This document shows, one piece after another, positions 12,210 to 22,400 of a stretch of DNA of 64,000 bases. Position 1 is the first letter of the stretch; every line of letters begins with the position of its first letter. The notes under the pieces were generated by a model. It saw only the letters and a list, made by a program, of their open reading frames with translations, searched no databases and had not been told where the DNA came from. Source of the DNA: Amphiscolops sp. MND2022 (lineage: Eukaryota); NCBI GenBank assembly GCA_964187785.1, contig OZ076411.1, positions 20,646,001 to 20,710,000 of the forward strand. Direction: 5' to 3'. The position numbers were made by a program, and so were the translations under genes.

Positions 12210-13164
12210 TGTTGGCGCCAGTCAATTGCAAGATCAGAAACTCAAATTTGAACGTGACTGATTAAATTTATAACTCAAAACACTTAGAAAACTTATCTAG
12301 ATTTTAGTTAGAAATTTACAAGTTTCACCAGAAATAAAGCATTGCAAAATGTCCCGCCCCCCCGTCCCGGTGAACCACTCCATCAATCACCTTGAAACTT
12401 AGCACACATATAGTGGTGGTGTTCCCCTAACTTTTCACTCGTAACAAGCTACCCCGTATCTCCCCTGGGTTCAGAGCAATTAACACCCAAAGTGACCTAG
12501 GTCGGACCCCATGAAAACCCAATTTTGATGTATTAATTATTATAAGATTTTCTCATTTGACCTTGAAGGAAATGTAACTCCGTTGACATTTATCATATTT
12601 ACATTATGTAAACATACTTTTTAACCCACCTGACCAACATGCCAGAACTACCACATTCTTTGTTTACATAGCCAATAACTTCATATTATGCTTTAAATGT
12701 CATTTATTTATACAACATATTTTAAAAGATATTTGCTTATATTTACCCGTAGAATTGTAAACCATATGTATACCATTATTAGATAGAGATTTTCTCCACT
12801 GTATAGCTATAGTCAAGTTGGGTCTCAGGACCGCGAGACTAATTAATCAACTTCTCAATCTTCACAACTTTTCGCTAGAGTCAGAGCGACTAAGTAGCTA
12901 CTCTCATAGTTGGAGAGCCGGAGCGCGTGAAGATACCGTGAGGGAAGTGTGTGCAGCATCACATCGGATCCAATTCAGTGCAAGAGGAATCGCTGGAGAT
13001 TCCACGGGTCACATCGGACCCACCAGTCAAAAGATACAGTCCTATAAAACACGAAAACCAGCAATTGTTTAGTGACGGTCCACAGCACTAAGCAACGGAT
13101 CAGGGCGGCGTAACTTAAAAGCTTGTCAAGCCTCAGCGCAGGATAAAGGCAAGCAGCCGTTACA
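12210..13164 (+). repeat. 5' LTR of BEL/Pao element (955 bp)
   Basis: Near-identical to 16680-17628: about 12 substitutions and one 6-bp indel counted by eye. TG...CA termini. Confidence 0.97.
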
Positions 13165-13166
13165 TT

Positions 13167-13182
13167 TGGTCCGCCGACCCGG
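13167..13182 (+). promoter_or_regulatory. Primer binding site TGGTCCGCCGACCCGG (tRNA-Tyr-like variant)
   Basis: Starts with TGG 2 nt after the LTR end and resembles the BEL-type PBS TGGTCCTTCGAGCCGG. Confidence 0.75.
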
Positions 13183-13289
13183 ACAACTCTTTGGTGGACG
13201 ACCCGGACTAGAAGAAGACGACTCGTTGGTGTACAACAGAGAAAATTGCCCAGAAGGAACAAGTGTCTGATTCTTGGAGTCTCTGACTT

Positions 13290-13496
13290 TGTGTCTCCGG
13301 GAGATTGGGCTACTGTGTCTCTGGGAGATTGGGCTACAGTGTCTCTGGGAGATTGGGCTATTGTGTCTCTGGGAGATTGGGCTATTGTGTCTCTGGGAGA
13401 TTGGGCTATTGTGTCTCTCGAAGATTGGGCTTTTGTGTCTCTGGGAGATTGGGCTATTGTGTCTCTGGGAGTTTGGGCTATTGTGACTTTGGGAAC
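13290..13496 (+). repeat. 24-bp minisatellite (TGTGTCTCTGGGAGATTGGGCTAT) x8 plus a partial unit, in the BEL 5' leader
   Basis: Read directly; several frames are open because the unit is a multiple of 3 and lacks stops. Confidence 0.98.
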
Positions 13497-13520
13497 TGAG
13501 TTCAATCGACAAGAGAAGAG

Positions 13521-15062
13521 ATGGCAGAACCAAAACGGTTCGATATCAACAAAATCGAAAACTTTCTGAAGAACTCTGCTGACAAAGCCCAAACGTTGAG
13601 TTATTGGAAGGCAGCTGTTGAACACGGTAAGACTGTTAAAGAAATTGATGAGAACCTAACTAGCAATGTTGACGACAAGCAGATAGCAGCTTTACTGCTA
13701 AGACGAACAGATGCCATAAACAGGAGGGATCGGCTCATTAAGGCAGTCGAAAATGCGATCAAAGTCAAGTATCAACCGCAGATACCCGAAATCTTCTCAA
13801 CAGTGAACAAAGAAATGCAGAGCCGATTGGCTGAGTTGCAGCAGCAAAGCTCTAGCGTTGGAAGGGTACAAATGCTGATGTCAGCATTGCAAGACGAAAA
13901 TCAGATACTAAATTACTTGGATCTTGACGAAAAGAAACGCGCTATTGATAGACTAATGGATAGCAACAAAAAGTTGCGGGAAGATTCAATCGCAAATGGC
14001 AAAGTTGTCGACGAAGAAGATTATGCTGCAGCATGTCAAGAATTGCTGCAGAAACGGTCTGACATTAAAACGAAGATTGAAGATCTGCTGAAGACAGGAG
14101 AAGGAGGAGCCATTTTGCGAAGTCTTGAAGACGCTGAGCAAAGACTGGCAGACGCTCGGGTAAACTCAGCCGCAGACAAATCAAATGGCACTTCACCACA
14201 AAAGGAGCCCGAACCAGACGAGGAGCAGAAAGAAGACAATGGTCATAACGCGGATGACAGCCAAAAGCGAAACAAATGTGCTAGATCATTGCCAATAGAA
14301 GAATTGAGCATACACTCGCGAAGTAAAAGAACCAAAAGCAACAAAACGTCTGTGATTTCAAAAACATCAAGTGCAAGACGAGTTCTCGATTTGGAACTAA
14401 ACGCTTTGAAAGAGCAAGAAGAGTTGCAAAGTCGCCTGGAGAAACTCAGACGCAATGCGGAACAAAATGAAATAGCAGACTTACAAGAAAAGCTGGCCCG
14501 CAAAGCCAAAATAACCGAAAAGGAAATGGAGATGGCGAAAGTTACGAGTAGTTGTGGGTCTAGTTTCCGGAGTATCTCACCAGTCGAGACTCCAGACGAC
14601 AATCTGACGAAAGTCTCAGATTGGATGGACAAGACAGAAGAAGCTGAAAACGTGGCATCGACGACTAACGTGCCATCTGTATACCAGCAAACGTCCGTCT
14701 CAGCTCCAGTAATAACAGCACAATCGATGCATGAAGGACAATGCTCCGCGCTAGTGAGGGACTTGAATCCTCCAGTGAAACCGACTATATCCACCGAAGC
14801 CGCTAGTCGAGGTATTGGAAAGCACAGAACAAAGACTGTCATAGATGCTGTCAGTCAAAGTGCAACAGCACAACCAGAAGTGAAATTCGCCCCATCGAAG
14901 CCGTCGATGACTCTCAGTGCAGACCCGAATCGGTTACCGCCTACGTTTGGAGGCATCCAGAGTGGTGCATTTCAAGTACCACAGCTTGCGAACACACAAA
15001 AACAGTATTTGCCCAGTCAAGGACCAAACTTTGCCTCATCAGATCTAGCTTGCCAAAATTGA
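13521..15062 (+). CDS. gag: BEL/Pao gag N-terminal region (513 aa, coiled-coil and low complexity)
   Basis: Long open ORF starting at ATG downstream of the PBS; continues in the -1 frame into the DUF1759-like region. Confidence 0.8.
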   Translation: MAEPKRFDINKIENFLKNSADKAQTLSYWKAAVEHGKTVKEIDENLTSNVDDKQIAALLLRRTDAINRRDRLIKAVENAIKVKYQPQIPEIFSTVNKEMQSRLAELQQQSSSVGRVQMLMSALQDENQILNYLDLDEKKRAIDRLMDSNKKLREDSIANGKVVDEEDYAAACQELLQKRSDIKTKIEDLLKTGEGGAILRSLEDAEQRLADARVNSAADKSNGTSPQKEPEPDEEQKEDNGHNADDSQKRNKCARSLPIEELSIHSRSKRTKSNKTSVISKTSSARRVLDLELNALKEQEELQSRLEKLRRNAEQNEIADLQEKLARKAKITEKEMEMAKVTSSCGSSFRSISPVETPDDNLTKVSDWMDKTEEAENVASTTNVPSVYQQTSVSAPVITAQSMHEGQCSALVRDLNPPVKPTISTEAASRGIGKHRTKTVIDAVSQSATAQPEVKFAPSKPSMTLSADPNRLPPTFGGIQSGAFQVPQLANTQKQYLPSQGPNFASSDLACQN

Positions 15063-16102
15063 AGTTGGCAGAATTCTCAGGTGACCCATTGGAGTGGCCA
15101 GAGTGGTCACAACTATTCCAAGCAACCGTCCATGCAGCGAACATAGACGACAGTGTAAAAATGAACCACCTGAAAACAATGGTCACGGGTAAAGCGAAAG
15201 AGGCTATTGCTGGTCTGGGTTACCTTGCTGAGATGTACAATGTGGCGTGGAACGTTCTAGTTCGAAATTTTGGAAAACCTCAAATGGTTGTGAACGCGCA
15301 GTTGAAGCGAATCTATTCGTTCCCTCCGATGAAACCGTATGACGGAGCTGCATTGATCAAGTTCGCGAGAATAGTGTCGAGTTGCGTGAATGTCCTGAAA
15401 CAATTCAACTACGTGGGAGACCTAAACTCAGAAGGAGTTCTGGACAGTGCCACAAGGAAGTTAACACTGGACATGAAAACGAAGTGGCTGACTTATGTCA
15501 AGCAACTGAACCTGTATCAACCGGGACTCGCTGTGTTCAGTGAATGGCTCAATGATATAGCAGATGTTCAAGATGAATTGCTATTGTATTCGAACCCAAA
15601 TGCTGATCGGGCAAAGACGAGCTACAAGGAAAAGGCCGACGGCTCTACGTTCGCCTCCTCGACAACAAGCTCGGCAAATGGCAACTCGAATTACCAGCGA
15701 GAGTGTGCGCTGAAAGATGGCAAACATCCAATATGGAAATGTGAGAAGTTCAAGAAGATGAATGTCGAAGAAAAGCAACCAACTCAAATGCAAGCCGTGA
15801 AGTTCGCTGCCAAGACAATAACACTTGAAGAAGGAAAAAGGTGTTTTCAATTGGAAAAAGTTGTTGGATTCGTGAAGGAGTGTCTTCGATACATCGCTTT
15901 TCCTCTTGAACTTCATGGAGGTTCAAGGGGAGTTCCGGTGTACCAGAGACACACCAGCAGTGGTTTGTTGGAATGCTATCAGCCGTCAATAGACAATGCA
16001 AAGATTGGAACAAATGCTGCAAATATGTCATTTTGGAGAAAATATGATGTTGAGTTGAAAGAAAAACTGCAAACGACAGTGAAAATTGTAACAACTGGTT
16101 AG
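15050..16102 (+). CDS. gag: BEL/Pao gag core (DUF1759-like) fused to scraps of pol
   Basis: PKLKLAEFSGDPLEWPEWSQLF...KMNHLKTMVTGKAKEAI...RNFGKP; partial knuckle CALKDGKHPIWKCEKF; the sequence after that is a patchwork. No protease, RT or RNase H motifs found. Confidence 0.85.
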   Translation: MPKLKLAEFSGDPLEWPEWSQLFQATVHAANIDDSVKMNHLKTMVTGKAKEAIAGLGYLAEMYNVAWNVLVRNFGKPQMVVNAQLKRIYSFPPMKPYDGAALIKFARIVSSCVNVLKQFNYVGDLNSEGVLDSATRKLTLDMKTKWLTYVKQLNLYQPGLAVFSEWLNDIADVQDELLLYSNPNADRAKTSYKEKADGSTFASSTTSSANGNSNYQRECALKDGKHPIWKCEKFKKMNVEEKQPTQMQAVKFAAKTITLEEGKRCFQLEKVVGFVKECLRYIAFPLELHGGSRGVPVYQRHTSSGLLECYQPSIDNAKIGTNAANMSFWRKYDVELKEKLQTTVKIVTTG

Positions 16103-16283
16103 GTAATGGAAACTCGGGAATGGATGCAGTGGCACAAGCTAACCCTAACGTGCACACTCAACTGAGCACTGGCCACTGCAAGCAATTCGAGAAACGAGCT
16201 TGGAAGTTTGAACCTATCTCAATTCGATTACATGGAATGAACGAAAGCGCTCAGTTGAATACAATGGCATCCTACATGCAAAT

Positions 16284-16679
16284 ATGAATGCAGATGAATT
16301 TCCAGATGAAATATCGCTAATGGAAACGCGATTGAGTTCTTCAAAAGCACAAACAACAGCAAACTCGGAAAATGGGCCTTTCATAGGGCCGGGTGTATCA
16401 TGGGAAGAAATGATGATGCAACTTCAATCTTTTGGAAAATGGATTAAAGAAGAAGTTAGACAACTGGAAGTCAATGATTTGGTTTGGATAGTAGATGACA
16501 ATGTGAAAAGAGCACACTACAAGATGGGCAAAGAGTTGGAAGTCTATCATGGAAGCGATGGGCGAGTGAGATCAGCGCTGGTGAAAACTGAAGATAGATG
16601 GAAAACTGAAAAGACCAGTAAAGAAACTGGCACCCATGTTCTACGAAAGTGTTTTTCAGGAGAAAAACAAGGCCGGCAA
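16284..16679 (+). pseudogene. BEL/Pao integrase C-terminal region (DUF5641-like) and PPT
   Basis: KWIKEEVRQLEVNDLVWIVDDNVKRAHYKMG...YHGSDGRVRSALVKT; purine tract GGAGAAAAACAAGG just before the 3' LTR. Confidence 0.85.
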
Positions 16680-17628
16680 TGTTGGCGCCAGTCAATTGCA
16701 AGATCAGAAACTCAAATTTGAACGTGACTGATTAAACTTATAACTCAAAACACTTAGAAAACTTATCAAGATTTTAGTTAGAAATTTACAAGTTTCACCA
16801 GAAATAAAGCATTGCAAAATGTGCCACCCCCCCGTCCCGGTGAACCACTCCATCAATCACCTTGAAACTTAGAACACATATAGTGGTGGTGTTCCCCTAA
16901 CTTTTCACTCGTAACAAGCTACCCCGTATCTCCCCTGGGTTCAGAGCAATTAACACCCAAAGTGACCTAGGTCGGACCTCATGAAAACCCAATTTTGATG
17001 TATTAATTATTATAAGATTTTCTCATTTGACCTTGAAGGAAATGTAACTCCGTTGACATTTATCATATTTACATTATGTAAACATACTTTTTAACCCACC
17101 TGACCAACATGCCAGAACTACCACATTCTTTGTTTACATAGCCAATAACTTCATATTATGCTTTAAATGTCATTTTTTTATACAACATATTTTAACAGAT
17201 ATTTGCTTATATTTACCCGTAGAATTGTAAACCATATGTATAACATTATTAGATAGAGATTTTCTCCACTGTATAGCTATAGTCAAGTTGGGTCTCAGGA
17301 CCGCGAGACTAATTAATCAACTTCTCAATCTTCACAACTTTTCGCTAGAGTCAGAGCGACTAAGTAGCTACTCTCATAGTTGGAGAGCCGGAGCGCGTGA
17401 AGATACCGTGAGGGAAGTGTGTGCAGGATCACATCGGATCCAATTCAGTGCAAGAGGAATCGCTGGAGATACCACGGGTCACATCGGACCCACCAGTCAA
17501 AAGATACAGTCCTTTAAAACACGAAAACCAGCAATTGTTTAGTGACGGTCCACAGCACTAAGCAACGGATCAGGGCGGCGTAAAGCTTGTCAAGCCTCAG
17601 CGCAGGATAAAGGCAAGCAGCCGTTACA
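16680..17628 (+). repeat. 3' LTR of BEL/Pao element (949 bp)
   Basis: Copy of 12210-13164, followed by the TSD CTATG. Confidence 0.97.
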
Positions 17629-17877
17629 CTATGATTTTGTGTGTACTCCACGTAAACATTCGATAGGACTTCGGTTTTTAAAGTAAATAGCATAGGAGTA
17701 CAAAAAACCCCACATTCCAATTGGACTTCGCTCATTTTTGACATTTCGGTTCTTCTCAAAAAATACTAAATCGAAAACGCCCGTTCGGCCCGTGGTGAAA
17801 CCTCACCAATGCACTCAACTATCTCCAAAAAACCAACTTATTAAGCAAACTTCTTATTTTCTACCCCTTAATCTCCT

Positions 17878-18580
17878 AGACTGTCATGAGTTATCCTAGT
17901 CTGTTGTGAGTTGTTGACGTGGGCCATCAACACACGGGATTCCTGGCAAAAGGCATGCCCCCATTCTCCTAGTCTGTTTTAAGTTGTTGGCGTTGGCCAT
18001 CAACACACTTGAGTTTGCTGGCAAAAACATCCTCTCAATCTCCTAGTCTGTTGCAAGTTGTTGGCGTGGGCCTTCATTACAGTTGGGTTTGCTGGCAATA
18101 GGCATCCCCCCAATCTCCTAGTCTAATCTGAGTTGTTGGCGTGTATCATCAACGCACTGGGTTTTGCTGGCAAAAGGCAATCCCACAACATCCATCTCGT
18201 GGTGAGTTGTTGGCGTGGTCCATCAACACACTTGGGTCCGCTGGCAATATGCATTCCCGCAGCTTCTTGTCTTTTGAGTTGTTGGTGTGGGCTGTCAACT
18301 ATATTGGGTTTGCCCGCAAAAGGCATTCCCGCACTTCCGTTCCTGCGGTGAGTTGTTGGCGTGAGCCATCAACACAATTGGGTGTGCTGGTAATGGGCAT
18401 TTCCTCAACCTCAATCTCGTGGTGAGTTGTTGGCGTGGGCAATCAACACATTTAGTTTGCCAGCAACTGGCTCTCCCTTAATCTTTTCGTTGTGAGTTGT
18501 TGGCGTGGTCCATCAATACACTTCCTTCTGCATCCGATACACATTCCCTTAATTATTGTTGGCGTGGGCCTTCTTCACTG
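17878..18580. repeat. Diverged ~74-bp minisatellite, 9-10 units, conserved core GAGTTGTTGGCGTGGGCCATCAACAC
   Basis: Core starts at 17908, 17981, 18055, 18130, 18204, 18276, 18350, 18424, 18494 and about 18553. Confidence 0.95.
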
Positions 18581-19429
18581 CGTTTGATCAAATCGCTGAA
18601 AACGATCCTCACAAAAACGACAAACGAATCACCTGCTTGACCAAACAAACTTTCGAGCTGATAAAACAGTTCGGGTGTCAATCAGGCGTTCTCGAGAAAA
18701 TCAACTCAACAGCAAGGACGACCCACTACTCTGTAGTTTACTTTTTGCATAATTTTCACAAAAATTCGACAATTTAGAAGTTGTTCTACGTCAAATGGAT
18801 TCCATAGATTGTCCAGTGTTGATCGCTTTGAGATTTACAGCAGCAGAACTTCAGTCAAAGAAACTCAACTTGTTTCTAGCTTTGAAGAAGCATGAAATGG
18901 AATTCAAAATCACACCAACGCGTTCAATCTCACACTCCAGTGAGAGTAGTCAAGCTCCGAATCAGAATATTCGTCCCCTGTCGGTATAGGAACAAACATA
19001 TACCATCCCCACAAATGTAGTTAGTCTATTTGATCATAGGGCTCGCTTTCGTAGGATTGACCCAATGTCCATAGCTGCAACTTCCCATCCACTTCGAGAA
19101 ATCATCAAATTGGTCCTGACAAACCTCCATCGAATGAACTTGCTTGGCGTGGACTTTCTGCATCCAACCGTATCTCAGTTTCTTGAGACTACTACCGGAA
19201 ACAATACAATTCGTTCAAGGTGCATCACCTCACATCCCACTGAATACGTTGTTCATTGCTAATCCCCCAAACAGATTTCTCAAATCCCAAATCACGAACC
19301 CTGTTACTCACATGGTCCACCCGGTGTACGCTTCAGTTTCGGTAAACTACCTACCTATCCTCCTTCGGTTACCACCACAACAGCTGGCTTGAGCACTTTG
19401 CCTCCTGCTCCAAGAGCTCAAACAAGTCG

Positions 19430-22400
19430 TCAGCTCTCTGAACGTTTTCCTTTTAAACTAACAGACACCAAACGTGACAGCTTTGATGGTAACCCTATGC
19501 TTTGGCCGGATTTTTTTTACGTTCCAATCTGACATCGACGTTACCAAACGACTCAGCGAGTCAAAAAGGTATATATTTTCAAACGTCAGTTTCCGGTTCT
19601 GCCAAAGAAGCTGAAATCTTTTCCGGATGCAATCCTCTCTTCTACAAAACTGCCGTTGAAGAAATGCGCCGTCATTTTGGTAATCCCAAACATGATGTAA
19701 AATCGTTCATCTCCGAACTGCAGAAGTTTCCCGCACCGCATTTATCAAGTCCTCCGTCATTCATAAGTTTGAACGTTTTCCTCCGCAACCTGGTTCAAAC
19801 TTTCGAAAATCTACAGTTTGATTCCATTCTTCGCTCAAGTTTTCTTTTGCAAACCATTGTCGCCAAATTACCAGCTGCTGTTCACATGAAGTGAAATGAG
19901 TACAATATTACAAGCTTCTCGAACGGCGCAATATTCCGCGACTTTTCTGAATGGTTGACAGTGTATGCCAGAGCTTGTGAAGATATGCCTGAGGCTACAA
20001 AACAGAGCGACCGTGAAAATGCCCGTATCAAAGCGACAACTTTCTCGGATGAAAAAGCAAGAAAAAAATGCTTCTGTCAATTGCGCTATTGATAAGGGCA
20101 CGAGAACCATCATTTGAGAAAATTTTCTAATTTTCTGAAAAAGGTTGTCCAAGAAAGGATCAATTTTGTTAGAAGCTCAAACCTATGTTTCAATTGCCTC
20201 TCACCCCGTCATAAGGTTGAAGACTGCACATCGACACTTCGATGTCAAGTCACCAACTGTGGAAAGCGACATCACACTAGCCGTCATCAGGCAAATCAAG
20301 GATCAGCGTTCACGTCCACTAAAACTGGTCATTCTAATCACAAAAAGACTCCGATCCAAAAAACTACCTCAAGCGACACTAAAATTGCCCAAAACAAGGC
20401 CTCATACTTCGAATCAAAAACAGCGTTCGATACAAGTAACATATTCAAGCATCACAAAGCTAGTCAACTTCAAAAGGTTCCCATTTGCGTCCATGGCAAA
20501 CAATGATCTGTGGACTGATACGCTTACCTCGATACATGTAGTACTGCATCTTATATAGTAAATCGCACCGTGAACAAGCTTGGTATTCAACCAAAAAGGA
20601 TAATCGAGTTTCAAGTAACAAGTATATATGAACAGTCACTTCTGCAAGCAGGCTTCGTGTCCCCGAAACTCTGAACCTACAATTTCAAACGACCTTTCTT
20701 CCTTCTGATCTAAGTTCACTCTATAAATCGCAGACCAACGCTAAACGAGACTTTTCAGAAATTCACACACCTCATTCGTGTCAACTTTCCGTGTTTACGT
20801 GACAATTCAGTCCTGCTTTTCTTGGGCATCGACGCATTTCAGAATATCGCAACACGTGAAAGTGAAATACTTACTACAAGATCTCGAAACAGATCCCCTT
20901 CGCTGTCCGACCACTGCTAGGCTGGACCGTCACTGGACCTTTGAGTGTGCGACATTCCTGTTCTTCCTCCCAGACAATTTTTATAGCTCATCACTTCCAT
21001 GGAAACGTCGTTCTTACTCAAATGCTAGAGTTTTTTATTAGCTGACTCAATTGGTACCGAGTCAACTACTCCTTGCAAACACAAATACCTCATTCACTGA
21101 GCAGCTCAAAGCTATATTAAAACATAAAACTCTTGGCAACAAAGATACACTCCTTCCACTCGGACCTTTTCTAGATGACGTTCGTCTTATCCGAGCAACA
21201 AGTCGTCTAACCGAAGCGCCCCTTCCATGGGCTACAAAGCACCCAACTATCTTGAACTCTTACAATCAAATCACGCGCCTCTTCATCCAACATTACCATG
21301 AGGTTTGCATGCATGCAGGCATCCATCATATGCGGAACTTCATTCAACAAACACAATACAATTTCCGATTGAAAACAACACTTCGCTCGCTCACTATCTT
21401 TCACTTGTTCTAAATGTCGCTGCTTCCGGGGTCAACAACTACAACCCTACATGAGCAGTCGGCCTTCCTGCATGTTCCCAGTTGCTGATAATAACTATTA
21501 TTATTTTCGAAGTCTCGGCATTGGTTTGATCGGACCTTTAGAAGTTGTGGAAAAACGAATCACAGCAAAAAAGTATGTTTGCTCTGCACCTGTCTTGTGA
21601 GCAGAGCTGTCTACTTAGAAGTTGCAGATTCCTTGAGTCAAGGCTCGTGCATGTCGGCCATTCCACATTTGTAGCCCGTCGAAGAGATCCAGAAAAATTT
21701 TTTCAGTGACAAGGCAACAAGTGTTTGCGGAACAAAAAGGAAATTCGTCGTCAACCTCTTGTATTCGATGACACGTTTGTAGGCAAAGAACTTGCGCGTC
21801 AAGGCATACAATGGCACCTGAATCCCCCTTATGGACCTCTTTTTGATGCTCGAAACCGATCCCCTTCGCTGTCCGACCACTGCTAGGCTGGACCGTCACT
21901 GGACTTTTGCGTGCGCGACCTACCTGTTCTACCTCCCAGACAAAGTTCGCAGCTCATCACATCCATGAAAACGTCGTTCTTACTCAAATGGTACAGAGTT
22001 TCTTAGTAGCTGACTCTGTTGGTTACGAGTCAACTACTCCTTGCAAAAGCACCCTCGCGGACCAGCAAGCATTGACGTTCATTGGAGAGAACGTGAGGCA
22101 TACAGGGCAGCGATACGAAGTTGGATTGACATGGAAAGAAAACGTTGAGTGGCAAATCAACTATCAATTAGCCAAAGCTCAATTTAAATTACAATCGCGT
22201 TCGTCCAAAGATGAAACCGTGCAAATCAAATACCAAGAAAAACTTTGCAAACAGATTTAGAAAAAAAGTATGTGAAACCAGTGGAGTCTCAAACAGTTTC
22301 GTATTTGCCTCATCACCCACTGTGTAATCCGGAAACGCCTAGGAAAGTTCGGCGTGTGGCAAATTCAGCGTCTTCTTTTCGAGGACAACCGTTGAATGAC

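Larger units (their letters stand above)
12210..17628 (+). mobile_element. BEL/Pao LTR retrotransposon, internally deleted (non-autonomous), recent insertion
   Basis: TGTTGG...GTTACA LTRs at 12210-13164 and 16680-17628; 5-bp TSD CTATG at 12205-12209 and 17629-17633; PBS, PPT, DUF1759-type gag and integrase C-terminus present. Confidence 0.97.

Noticed and set aside
12818-13072. 84-aa ORF in both BEL LTRs (also 17288-17542)
   Set aside because: Non-ATG start, no recognisable motif, and duplicated only because it lies in the LTR.
13246-13625. Overlapping repetitive ORFs on both strands
   Set aside because: By-product of a stop-free 24-bp tandem unit; no evidence of coding.
15040-15065. Programmed -1 frameshift between the two BEL gag ORFs
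   Set aside because: No canonical X XXY YYZ slippery site; a single-base deletion or sequencing error explains it, and BEL gag is normally continuous here.
17878-18580. CRISPR-like array (palindromic repeat with variable spacers)
   Set aside because: The 'spacers' are mutually homologous (GCTGGCAA.AGGCAT.CCC), the repeats are degenerate, there are no cas genes, and the context is eukaryotic.
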